DNA from: an uncultured archaeon | GTDB lineage: Archaea; Thermoplasmatota; Penumbrarchaeia; JASLWR01 | Direction of reading: 5' to 3' | Length of the DNA: 34,093 nt | NCBI GenBank assembly: GCA_964430885.1 | Contig: CAYSHM010000029.1 | Location: forward strand, 1-34,093 | Part shown: one piece after another, positions 25,349 to 34,093 of the stretch | How the letters are laid out: every line of letters begins with the position of its first letter | Numbering within the stretch: the stretch's first letter is position 1 | Notes under the pieces: model-generated | Databases searched by the model: none | What the model was told of the DNA's origin: nothing | Seen by the model: only the letters and a program-made list of their open reading frames with translations | Program-made: the position numbers and the translations under genes

Positions 25349-27262
25349 ATGACCAATATCGCACTAAAGATATTAATGAAGGACCTGGAAAGGTCCACAC
25401 CCAAACATAGGGATCATATAATCAATAAAATGAATTCCATAACCACACCTGAGGAATTCAAATCCATAGCCCCTCTTGTATATCACGTTCTGAAATATCC
25501 CGTCTACAATCCTTACAAACTTAACAAGAACAACCTGCCTCTCTATTCCTCAGCCATCAGATCTGTTAAGATGGTAGGATACAAACGTCCGGATATGGTA
25601 CGACGATTGGTTCCGAACATATTCCAGATCTACAAGGACACACATCATTTCGAACCCATGAGAAAGCGGGCTGGCAAAAGCAGGGGGACATTGAGAGAGC
25701 AGACTATAGACGCACTGAAAACTGTTGGTATAGCCGCACCGGACCTTGTTGTTCCTGAGATCATTGATGGACTATTTGATACAAAAATCGAGATTAAGAG
25801 AGGAGTTGAAGGTATAATAAAGACCATATCCGTCAACTACATTCCATATGTAGCCTCCCTGGTCATATCCTTGAGTTCTGAAAATCCTGAAAAACGCCGA
25901 ATCGCATCGGAGCTGTTAATTAAACAGGCTCATAAAGATCCACAAGCGGTCATGCCCCTTATATTGAAAAGGATTGATCATAAGAAAAAAAACGTCAGGG
26001 TCATGGCCATCAACATTATTGGACCCCTTATTCCTAGAAATCCTGACTTCATTCCAAATCTGGTTAATTCACTCTTTCTTAGACTGAACTGGGAAAGGTC
26101 CAATGATGTTAAACATGCTATAGCCAATGCTCTAACAATTGTGAACTTCTTCAATCTGAACATATTCAAAGATCATATGCCTCATCTAATAAGAGCCATG
26201 AACGATAACTATTACTTCGTCAGGTGGAGATGTATACAGATCATTAAGAATCTGGGCATTTTTAAAAAGGAATATGTTGTTGATGCTCTATCGGTTCTGA
26301 TAAAAAGGCTGGATGACTCCCATCCCGTGGTGGCCAAAAAGGCCAAAGAAACCCTTGCGGCCTTGAAAGTGGATAAGCTGGAATACCTGCAGGCCATGAG
26401 GTGTATAAGTACCGCAGTAGAGGCCTTCGAAGTTGCCAGAAAACAGCGGATAGAGAGTATAAATGCAAAAAAGACACTAGTTGATGCAATAAGAGCAGTC
26501 AAGAGATATGAATTTCGGGAATCGGTTTTTCTTACAGCAACCGCTCTGGGAATGCTTGAGGAGGAAGGAGCCAAATTATCAAGTTCAGTATACCCCCAGG
26601 CTCTCAGAAACCTTGCATGCTCCTCTGCTTTTTATGAAGAGGAATTAGATAAGGATTTCATCAATGAGATCATCCAGGAATCACGCTTTCCAAAACAGGA
26701 ATCTGCGCCCATATTGGATGGGGATTATGAAAAAGAGATACATGAAAAGAACAGCGTCATCATACCCCCTCCGCCGCCTATGGAGGAATTAGATATCAAG
26801 GACGGCAATCCAACTCCCGGCAGGGAGAATGATTCTAGACATGCTTCAAAATGGGGTATAGATGAGATATTTTTAATGACAAATTACGGAATTCTGATAG
26901 AACACTTTGTCACTTCAAAGAAATCCTATGTTGATGAGGATATTCTGGCAAGTATGCTTATTGCCGTCAACAGCTTTATTCAGGACACATTCCACCTACC
27001 TAAAGAAGATGAGAAGGGAGGCCTGAACCTCAACTCCCTGGATTTCGGAGATTTTTCAGTTATAATATCCAATAGAGATTATCTAGTAATGGTGACCATA
27101 ACCAATTCCGGAAAGAAGGAGGAAATATATCGGATTTCGAATCGCTGGCTCAAAGATCTTGAGAACCGATATTCCAATGTTCTCAAGGATTGGAATGGTG
27201 ATAAGAAGGAACTCCTGGACCTGCCGGAGTATCTAATTAAGCTCATCACGGAAGATGTATAG
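25349..27262 (+). CDS. HEAT-repeat protein with Pro-rich linker and C-terminal longin-like domain
   Basis: HEAT-like units (LKRIDHKKKNVRVMA, RAMNDNYYFVRWRC, KRLDDSHPVVAKKA), PPPPP linker, C-terminal IDEIFLMTNYGILI...DEDILASMLIAVNSFIQDTF...DWNGD. Confidence 0.8.
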   Translation: MTNIALKILMKDLERSTPKHRDHIINKMNSITTPEEFKSIAPLVYHVLKYPVYNPYKLNKNNLPLYSSAIRSVKMVGYKRPDMVRRLVPNIFQIYKDTHHFEPMRKRAGKSRGTLREQTIDALKTVGIAAPDLVVPEIIDGLFDTKIEIKRGVEGIIKTISVNYIPYVASLVISLSSENPEKRRIASELLIKQAHKDPQAVMPLILKRIDHKKKNVRVMAINIIGPLIPRNPDFIPNLVNSLFLRLNWERSNDVKHAIANALTIVNFFNLNIFKDHMPHLIRAMNDNYYFVRWRCIQIIKNLGIFKKEYVVDALSVLIKRLDDSHPVVAKKAKETLAALKVDKLEYLQAMRCISTAVEAFEVARKQRIESINAKKTLVDAIRAVKRYEFRESVFLTATALGMLEEEGAKLSSSVYPQALRNLACSSAFYEEELDKDFINEIIQESRFPKQESAPILDGDYEKEIHEKNSVIIPPPPPMEELDIKDGNPTPGRENDSRHASKWGIDEIFLMTNYGILIEHFVTSKKSYVDEDILASMLIAVNSFIQDTFHLPKEDEKGGLNLNSLDFGDFSVIISNRDYLVMVTITNSGKKEEIYRISNRWLKDLENRYSNVLKDWNGDKKELLDLPEYLIKLITEDV

Positions 27263-27365
27263 GAAAAAACCAGCTCAGGGTGAAAGGAATCTTTTAAATA
27301 TTAACGTGTCCAATTATCTGCATGTTTGGGCCCCAGATATTAACCATAAAAAGCCTGGAGGCGAT

Positions 27366-27974
27366 ATGATAGAAAACCTTACAATTGGAATATTCTCTCT
27401 GCAAGGCAACGTTTCCGAGCACGTTGCAGCAATGCAGAGGGCAATGACATACTACAAAAGGCGGGGAGAGGTAATAACCATCAAGGATGCAGACTCCCTC
27501 ATGAGGTCGGACGGTGTTGTCATACCTGGAGGTGAGAGCACCACAATTTCCCGGCTTCTTGTCAATTTTGGACTTCAGGAACCGCTCAAAGATAGAATTA
27601 TGGGAGACAAACTACCGGTTTTCGGCACATGTGCCGGCATGGTCCTGCTTGCTGATGAGGGGGATGAACAGGTGGAAAGAAGCGACACGCATTTGTTGGA
27701 ACTCATGAAGGCTCGAGTAATACGGAATGCCTTCGGAAGCCAGAAAAATTCCTTTGAAGCATTGGTAAATCTCTCAGGTCATGAGGTGCTGTTTCCCGGA
27801 GTTTTCATCCGGGCGCCGGCCTATATAAGCGTTGGACCAGAGGTGGAGGTTCTGGGGCAAATAGAGGAAAAAATAATACTGGCAAAATATGAAAATATAC
27901 TAGCTTCATCATTCCATCCAGAACTTACCCCGGACCCGAGGGTACACGGGATATTTTTGGACATGTTAGATTGA
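27366..27974 (+). CDS. pdxT: Pyridoxal 5'-phosphate synthase glutaminase subunit
   Basis: LQGNVSEH, PGGESTT, GTCAG, RNAFG, FIRAP and FHPEL; GGAGG RBS before ATG 27366. Confidence 0.96.
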   Translation: MIENLTIGIFSLQGNVSEHVAAMQRAMTYYKRRGEVITIKDADSLMRSDGVVIPGGESTTISRLLVNFGLQEPLKDRIMGDKLPVFGTCAGMVLLADEGDEQVERSDTHLLELMKARVIRNAFGSQKNSFEALVNLSGHEVLFPGVFIRAPAYISVGPEVEVLGQIEEKIILAKYENILASSFHPELTPDPRVHGIFLDMLD

Positions 27975-28111
27975 TTTTCATTATCTCAATTAACCCAAGC
28001 AAGAGCTAAATCTATTATATCAGCTGATTATTATTACCAAAGAAAAACAATATTCCAGGTTTAATTTGATGAAAAAATCTGATTCCCAAATTATCAAGGA
28101 GTGCTGAACTA

Positions 28112-29041
28112 TTGGAAACCTTCTATTCCATATTGAACGTCTCCGAGAAAGCTACTGCTAAGGAGATAAAGAAAGCCTATCACAGGATGGCCTTCAAGTA
28201 TCATCCTGACAAGGTTAACGGTCTTGGTGATAAGATCAAAAGGATCGCTGAGACAGAGTTCAAAAGGATAAATGAAGCAAAGGAGGTGCTGCTTGATCCC
28301 TTCCGAAGGGCTGAATACGATCGTCTATTGGCCTATGAATTCCAGGGTAGGGTCTACAATACCAGGTTATATCCAAACCATCCAGGTCAGCAGAGAATGG
28401 AACAGAGCGGAAAACCGAACGGCGAAAGCCTATTCCTTCAGACAATGATCGTAAATCTCAGACATGAACTGACCCAGGTTGAGAAGAAACTTGAAGAGGA
28501 GATGAACTATAGGAGATTTCTTGAAAAATGTCTTAATGAGAGAGGTAAAAAGGATCAGTTCAGTCCCAAAGGCAGAGGACATGAAGAACCTAAGAAAAAT
28601 GAAGATATCAGGCATATTAATCCTTGGGACATCGATAATAAAAAAGAAGATGACTATACCGAGTTAGTTGAGCTGAAACCCACATATGACGCTCAGTGGG
28701 ATAGCGATGAGGATGACTCAAAAGAGGAATTCTTTATCAACAATGCCGTCAGGGATTATTATCGGAATAAACCTCCTCATGAAAGAAGAAAGAACATCAA
28801 CTTCAAGACCATCGATGATGAGATGAAGAGCCTAGAGGAACTGGGATATAGCCATTATGTAAGAACTAGAGTAAACAATAATCCAGCCAAAAAATTCAGT
28901 ACTCCATCCAGAATCCATGATCCTGGAAGCGACATTACAATGACAAAACCCAGGGGTTCGGTATTGAAAGCATGTCCTTTATGCGGACGGGAAGTAGGCA
29001 ATAGGCAGACCTACTGCTACTTTTGTGGGACTATTTTTTGA
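28112..29041 (+). CDS. J-domain protein with coiled coil and C-terminal zinc ribbon
   Basis: N-terminal J-domain with HPD; terminal CPLC-x10-CYFC; TTG start after AGGAG. Confidence 0.85.
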   Translation: METFYSILNVSEKATAKEIKKAYHRMAFKYHPDKVNGLGDKIKRIAETEFKRINEAKEVLLDPFRRAEYDRLLAYEFQGRVYNTRLYPNHPGQQRMEQSGKPNGESLFLQTMIVNLRHELTQVEKKLEEEMNYRRFLEKCLNERGKKDQFSPKGRGHEEPKKNEDIRHINPWDIDNKKEDDYTELVELKPTYDAQWDSDEDDSKEEFFINNAVRDYYRNKPPHERRKNINFKTIDDEMKSLEELGYSHYVRTRVNNNPAKKFSTPSRIHDPGSDITMTKPRGSVLKACPLCGREVGNRQTYCYFCGTIF

Positions 29042-29140
29042 TATAAATATTACTAAATGAGATGATTAATAACTACGGTATTCAATTTTTCTAATATTGA
29101 GTTTATATATACTATTTAGGAAAATGAAAATGGTGAGCAT

Positions 29141-29986
29141 TTGAAATGTATTTTCGTATCAGACCTACATGGGAATGTGAATAAATATAATTCGCTATTC
29201 AAGGAAATCACCATTTCCAAACCTGAAGCGGTATTTCTAGGAGGTGATCTACTTCCCGGCCCCCGGCATAACTTGGATACTAGAGAATTCATACAGCAAT
29301 TTCTCTTTATGAAAATGAAGGAATCAAGACAGAATCACAATACTGAGTTCTATCTTATTATGGGTAATGACGATCGGAGGATATATGAAGAAGATATAAT
29401 TAAGGAATGCGGAAATGGGATATTCTATATGCATAAAAGATGCATAAGGCTCAATGTCATCTTCGTTGTCGGATATTCCCATATCCCCCCAACACCTTTC
29501 AGACTCAAGGATTGGGAACGCTACGATGTTTCCAGATATATTGGACCGGGTGATCTGTCACCTGAAGCTGGAGCAAGGACTGTGGATGTGGAACCAAACA
29601 AGATAAAATATTCAACGATATCCCGGGATTTGGATGAATTAGCATCTCTTTCACCTCCTGAAAAAACAATTTTTCTTTTTCACTCACCACCTTATCATAC
29701 TTCTTTGGACCGAGCTGATCTGGATGGTAAAACCATTGATCATGTACCTCTAGATGTCCACATAGGAAGTATAGCCATCAAACGATTCATAGAAAAACAA
29801 AAACCAATGCTCACCCTGCACGGACATGTGCATGAGTCAGTTAGGATTACAGGTGATTGGAAAGAACAAATAGGATCCACCTATTCCTTCGGAGCTGCTC
29901 ATGATGGAGGGGAATTGGCTATAGTTTATTTTGATACCGCTCGATTGGATAAGGCAGAAAGGAAAATAATCCCAATAGATTTGTAA
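29141..29986 (+). CDS. Calcineurin-like metallophosphoesterase (Icc-related)
   Basis: SDLHG, GGD, GNDD, HSPP and HGHVHE motifs; GGTGA RBS. Confidence 0.9.
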   Translation: MKCIFVSDLHGNVNKYNSLFKEITISKPEAVFLGGDLLPGPRHNLDTREFIQQFLFMKMKESRQNHNTEFYLIMGNDDRRIYEEDIIKECGNGIFYMHKRCIRLNVIFVVGYSHIPPTPFRLKDWERYDVSRYIGPGDLSPEAGARTVDVEPNKIKYSTISRDLDELASLSPPEKTIFLFHSPPYHTSLDRADLDGKTIDHVPLDVHIGSIAIKRFIEKQKPMLTLHGHVHESVRITGDWKEQIGSTYSFGAAHDGGELAIVYFDTARLDKAERKIIPIDL

Positions 29987-30032
29987 CAGCCGGTTAAGTA
30001 ATCTTAACAAAAGTAATTTTTGAATCCCGAAT

Positions 30033-33000
30033 TCATTTCTGGAGGGGTATTTCTTTAGCTGAGGAATAAACAGAATTAATATGAATTGCCCATGATGTTT
30101 TATTGATAATATCCTCATCAGTTATTATATGAACATCCAGAATTGAATCCATGGATTTCCCCGTTCTTTCCTGGTTCTCTTTGACCAATCTTCTGTCCCA
30201 TTCATCAAGAAGAGCAGTGAGATCATCAAGACGATCATCATCCCCCTCGAAATGAATTAAAAGATCAATATCAGAAGTTGGGCCTGCCAATCCGCTTTTA
30301 GTACTTCCTATAATATATAGAGCTTTCACACCGTATCGATCAGCACCCAAATTAGTTGCCATATCTTCAACCCTTTTCATTCTCCATTTCCAATGATCAG
30401 GTAGTTCAAGATATCCAAGGGCAAAATTGGAATCCCCATCCATTGCTAGTGTTAAGGACGCGCCAGGGCTCAAATCTTCAACCTTGATCAATCGAACAAC
30501 ATCCTTATAATCACACCACGTTGGCAAAAAATCCTCCAATCTATTAGGAACCCCCATAAACAAGTTCTCTTTGAATATGGCACCTTGATCGTCAGGATAA
30601 AGGGGAAGATAATTGATCCCCGCTTCTACTAGGTCCTGGAAGAAATGAGTGCCAAACGATAGTTCTGGTAGATATCGGCCTTTTTTGCGAGCGATTTCTA
30701 TAAGCGCGGTTGTGTTATTAATATCCCCGTACTGAACGGGGACTCCCAATTTTATATCACCTCTGCTGCCCCATCGACCAGGCCCAATGAGTATAAATTT
30801 TCTTTTCGGCAGTTTATAGTTTAATTCACCAATTATTTTCCCAATACTCAGCATATCCTCCCTGCGGTTGAGATTCCCATATGCATCCTCGCTCACATAT
30901 ACGATATATTCAATATTCCTAGCAATCCCAGTAGTAACGTAGCGTGATGCGGTGAACAGTTTTCTACGAAGAGGAATATCTTTTGGTATATTAACCTCCT
31001 GAGCAAACCTAGACTGACTCTGGGGCCTGCATTGAAGAATATATAGATAATCACCGTCTGAAGCAAACTCTACATCCACTGGAGTTCCAAGAGTTTCCTC
31101 TAACAGTACCATTATTTTACTGATCTGGTTAACGAAATCCCCCCCTTCAATCACGCCCTGGAAAGTTACTACCATATCGCTATTAGACGGATCAAGAATC
31201 AATCCTGCTGGTTTGGATAGATTACCTTCCCGGTAAATTGAAACATATCTGTTGAGAGCGGGAATCTCCTCACCGTATCTCTTTAGAAAATCATCTACCC
31301 TTACTGTCTCCAACACATCCTTTTCCAGATTTATTACATCAATATAATGCTGGGAATACTGCAATATTTCATCAGCCATAGTGTTAACCCTAATATCCGG
31401 TCTTTTCGGAGAGAAAAGCAAAGGATAATCATCAGCTACCCGGTCTACCGCTCTTGTTCCAAGGCCCATTACCATACGTACAATTCCATCTTCTCTCCTT
31501 ATTCGAGGAGACCACCGAAACTCGTTATTTGAAAACACGACCCCTGCAAAAAATGGAATGTAATATGGACCTACTCTCTTACCTACAACTTCCTGAATCA
31601 ATATACTCATCTCTTCATTGAAATCGAGAAGGCCTCTTTCTTTTCTATACTCTATGGGATCAGGGCCGAGAGTTGAAGCATATACCTCACCTATGGCATC
31701 GGTTAGAGCATTTAACTTTTCATCTAGCGGACCCTGATTAGTTAAGAAGAGAGATTTGTATTTACCTGAAAAAGCGGCTCCAAAACTGTCCTCTAATAAA
31801 CTGGAAGACCTGACAATTATAGGTTTATCACCTATCTCATCCAGTATCCGCCTTAAACCCACAATAATCTCCTTGGGAAACATTGCATTTTTGAATACCT
31901 GTTCAATGAATGGCGTCTCTTTCCTAATTACTGCTGGATCCTTATATTTGATATGTCCAAGTTCCTCCAATGTATTGTAGTGTATGACATCCAACATTGT
32001 ATCGGAGGTCAAGTACCAGCTCTTTGCAAATTTTATTTTACTCAAATGGGGGTCGAGATCCTTTTCCCTGCTAATTATTCTATCAGCCAAATATACACCG
32101 GATGACTTACCGCCCAATTTTCCAGAGCCCTGAGCTGGTCCGACTATCCTTTCAGTCAATGAGATCAAATCATCAAGCACGATATAATTCTTTGCGATAT
32201 TGATATATTCGAGTCTGCTTGTAAAGAATCTAATCAATAGATTGGTTCTTATGGAGATATCATCTTCAGAAGCCAACTGCAATTCCTCAATAGACATCTC
32301 CTTGAATCGATTCAGTATTGAACTGATTTCGACCAAAGGAATTCCACGTTTTTGAGAGGCTAGAAGAAGCGGACGCGCTTTGTCCTGTTTCATCCATAAT
32401 GTCAATAGCTGAGAAAACTCTTCAGGTTTTATGATCCTTTTTGCTATTTCAAATACCTGCTTCTGAACGTTCATTATCTGATGAAGGTTCTTTCGGGGAT
32501 TCGGCATATTGATTCCGCACCACTCTGATGTTCCGCTGCCTTCCCCTATAGGACAGCTAAGTTCAAGCATTAGATTGTCGATGCTCTCATTTTGAATGCG
32601 GGATAAATGATAAAGCATTTTGCGGGTAATTCTGAAAAGTAAGTTCGGATCGGTTTTCGAGATCATATCAACAATAATCTTCCATTCAGGTTTTCCAATT
32701 GCAGTCTGTAATCCGTTCTCGGTGATCTTCTGCTGCAGATAAGAACCTAATCTTTCCGAAATAGCTTCTAATAATTTGATCTCTTCTGATAGAAATGGGC
32801 CCTTATTCTCAAATGCTCTTTTATCTAGGTAATGCACCCAAATTGACCCAACCTTCTCATTATTGACCGATATGTCTTTTCTGATAAACCATTTTGTTTT
32901 TTGATAATTATCAGTTCGGTACTCATCCCCGAAGATTCCAATTCTCGCACAAGTAATCTCAGGATATTGCCAAGCAGGAGGAATTATTTCCAATATTTTC

Positions 33001-33158
33001 TCCACAACATCATCGGTAGATTTATTCAGATCCTTAAGTATTGAAAATAATTTATACAAGCATTCTAGCTCCTTCAATCTCTCCTGAAGGAGGTGGGAAT
33101 CATTACTATTATGCTTGGTATTTTCAAGGAAACTCGAATTTTCTTTACTTTCTCTCAT
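30033..33158 (-). CDS. PEP/pyruvate-binding (PPDK N-terminal ATP-grasp) domain protein with N-terminal sensor-like region and C-terminal nucleotidyltransferase domain
   Basis: ERLKELECLY...AWQYPEITCARI; LGGKSSG, VRSSSLLED, FSGKY and DVEFA...LQCRPQ; GPGRWGS and FGTHFFQDL; C-terminal IIGSTK...SDIDLLIH. Confidence 0.88.
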   Translation of the reverse strand: MRESKENSSFLENTKHNSNDSHLLQERLKELECLYKLFSILKDLNKSTDDVVEKILEIIPPAWQYPEITCARIGIFGDEYRTDNYQKTKWFIRKDISVNNEKVGSIWVHYLDKRAFENKGPFLSEEIKLLEAISERLGSYLQQKITENGLQTAIGKPEWKIIVDMISKTDPNLLFRITRKMLYHLSRIQNESIDNLMLELSCPIGEGSGTSEWCGINMPNPRKNLHQIMNVQKQVFEIAKRIIKPEEFSQLLTLWMKQDKARPLLLASQKRGIPLVEISSILNRFKEMSIEELQLASEDDISIRTNLLIRFFTSRLEYINIAKNYIVLDDLISLTERIVGPAQGSGKLGGKSSGVYLADRIISREKDLDPHLSKIKFAKSWYLTSDTMLDVIHYNTLEELGHIKYKDPAVIRKETPFIEQVFKNAMFPKEIIVGLRRILDEIGDKPIIVRSSSLLEDSFGAAFSGKYKSLFLTNQGPLDEKLNALTDAIGEVYASTLGPDPIEYRKERGLLDFNEEMSILIQEVVGKRVGPYYIPFFAGVVFSNNEFRWSPRIRREDGIVRMVMGLGTRAVDRVADDYPLLFSPKRPDIRVNTMADEILQYSQHYIDVINLEKDVLETVRVDDFLKRYGEEIPALNRYVSIYREGNLSKPAGLILDPSNSDMVVTFQGVIEGGDFVNQISKIMVLLEETLGTPVDVEFASDGDYLYILQCRPQSQSRFAQEVNIPKDIPLRRKLFTASRYVTTGIARNIEYIVYVSEDAYGNLNRREDMLSIGKIIGELNYKLPKRKFILIGPGRWGSRGDIKLGVPVQYGDINNTTALIEIARKKGRYLPELSFGTHFFQDLVEAGINYLPLYPDDQGAIFKENLFMGVPNRLEDFLPTWCDYKDVVRLIKVEDLSPGASLTLAMDGDSNFALGYLELPDHWKWRMKRVEDMATNLGADRYGVKALYIIGSTKSGLAGPTSDIDLLIHFEGDDDRLDDLTALLDEWDRRLVKENQERTGKSMDSILDVHIITDEDIINKTSWAIHINSVYSSAKEIPLQK

Positions 33159-33197
33159 ATCATATCAACCTGTATGCAACCGAAAATTCCAATCAAA

Positions 33198-34041
33198 TCA
33201 TTTTTTTATTTCTTTCAGGACCACACATTTTCCTGTTCGGCCATCGATTCTAATTTCAATAGATTCATTCAGCCTTTTATGCATTACGTAATCTCCTTCG
33301 AAAATTGTTTTTCTTTCCATGAGCCAATTCCAATCAATAGCTTCAGCTTCGTTGGGGGACATTGTAACATAACCGACTCTAAGTGAAGTTAGGTTCTGAA
33401 AGAAATGAGAACCTTCGCTGGGATCTATTGGCCTAGCCTTTACCGGAGTTTCCACAATACATTGAGCGCTATTAATATCCCCCCAGTAAACAGGAATACC
33501 CAACCATGGATCTGATGAGCCCCATCTTCCTGGACCTATCAGTATCATGCTATCACCCTGTTTTCTTAAACTCTGATTCACCTTGGATATCTCTGTACGG
33601 GCATCTTGCGATTTGGATAGGTCGAATCTATCTTCCCTAATAAATACAACATCGGTGATTCCCTGAATAATTCCATGCCCAAGAGCAGTCTCAGAATGGA
33701 AAAGGATTGAATCGGAGGAAAATCCTGACAATTTTATTTCTGTTCCGAAGTTGAAATCCACCGCACTTCGAACTTGTACCAAGTTGAAAACCGCCTTCTC
33801 TTGTAATTTTCCAATGATTGACGATTTTTTAGCCGAATTCAGATTTACGGCAAATTCAATCTCAACCTCTGACCCTAAAACCGATTTGCACAATTTGAGC
33901 AGCATCTCCAGTACTTTGGGAAGAGGGATGGAGCCGTATTCTAATACTTTTTTAAAGTCCAAAACCCTGGCGCCCTTTTTCCAGGTTCCAGGATATAATC
34001 GACCCGAAACTGGATCGAAAGTAGAAACCACATTTTCTAAA
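33198..34041 (-). pseudogene. 3' part of a second PEP/pyruvate-binding domain gene, 5'-truncated at a putative IS end
   Basis: VEIEFAVNL, LVQVR, GPGRWGSSDPWLGIPV and GSHFFQNL. The frame runs into the IS-like end at 34042 and an in-frame TGA at 34080-34082, so it does not extend to the window edge. Confidence 0.75.
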
Positions 34042-34093
34042 GAGCCCGCCCGAGAATTAACCTCCAGTAACCAAAATATTCATTATAACAATA
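34042..34093 (-). mobile_element. Putative insertion sequence terminus (IS5-like), cut by the window edge
   Basis: GAGCCCGCCCGAG is an inverted match to the left window end, and its position coincides with the truncation of the adjacent gene. Confidence 0.5.

Noticed and set aside
27366-27974. pdxT without adjacent pdxS
   Set aside because: Unlinked pdxS and pdxT are common in archaea, so this is uninformative within one window.
674-33386. Numerous short overlapping or antisense ORFs in the six-frame track (e.g. 3458-3895, 5068-5526, 12857-13279, 19948-20400)
   Set aside because: They are shadows of well-supported genes, with no motifs or RBS.
34057-34083. Minus-strand MNILVTGG followed by a stop, resembling the start of an NAD-dependent epimerase
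   Set aside because: Only 8 codons, and it lies inside the putative IS end; chance or a transposase tail is more parsimonious than a real gene.

Overview
A 34-kb chromosomal segment, most likely from an archaeon (probably Thermoplasmatota). Support for this: archaeal-type tRNA-Glu(CTC) and tRNA-Gln(CTG, A1-U72 pair, no encoded CCA), GGTGA ribosome-binding sites, TATA-like promoters and an archaeal DUF54 RNA-binding protein. Most content is housekeeping, redox and metal homeostasis: PIG-L deacetylase, CDF transporter, SfsA, an ArsR-thioredoxin cluster, a PDO-TrxR fusion, MscS, CopA, an exported phospholipase D, GT4, an orphan DNA methyltransferase, an aminotransferase, ferredoxin, an RRM protein, PdxT, a J-domain protein and two PEP/pyruvate-binding-domain proteins. 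The standout observations are: (1) a complete bacterial-type glutaminyl-tRNA synthetase between tRNA-Gln and tRNA-Glu, although archaea classically lack GlnRS; (2) an exported superoxide-reductase-like domain fused to a cytochrome b561, next to a ferredoxin with a Cys-to-His change; (3) a HEAT-repeat protein with a longin-like C-terminal domain; (4) a very acidic, Tyr-rich six-repeat protein closely linked to a LMW tyrosine phosphatase; (5) IS-like inverted termini at both window ends, one truncating a gene. Two decayed pseudogenes and two candidate structured RNAs were also found. All calls come from reading motifs by eye; no searches were run.
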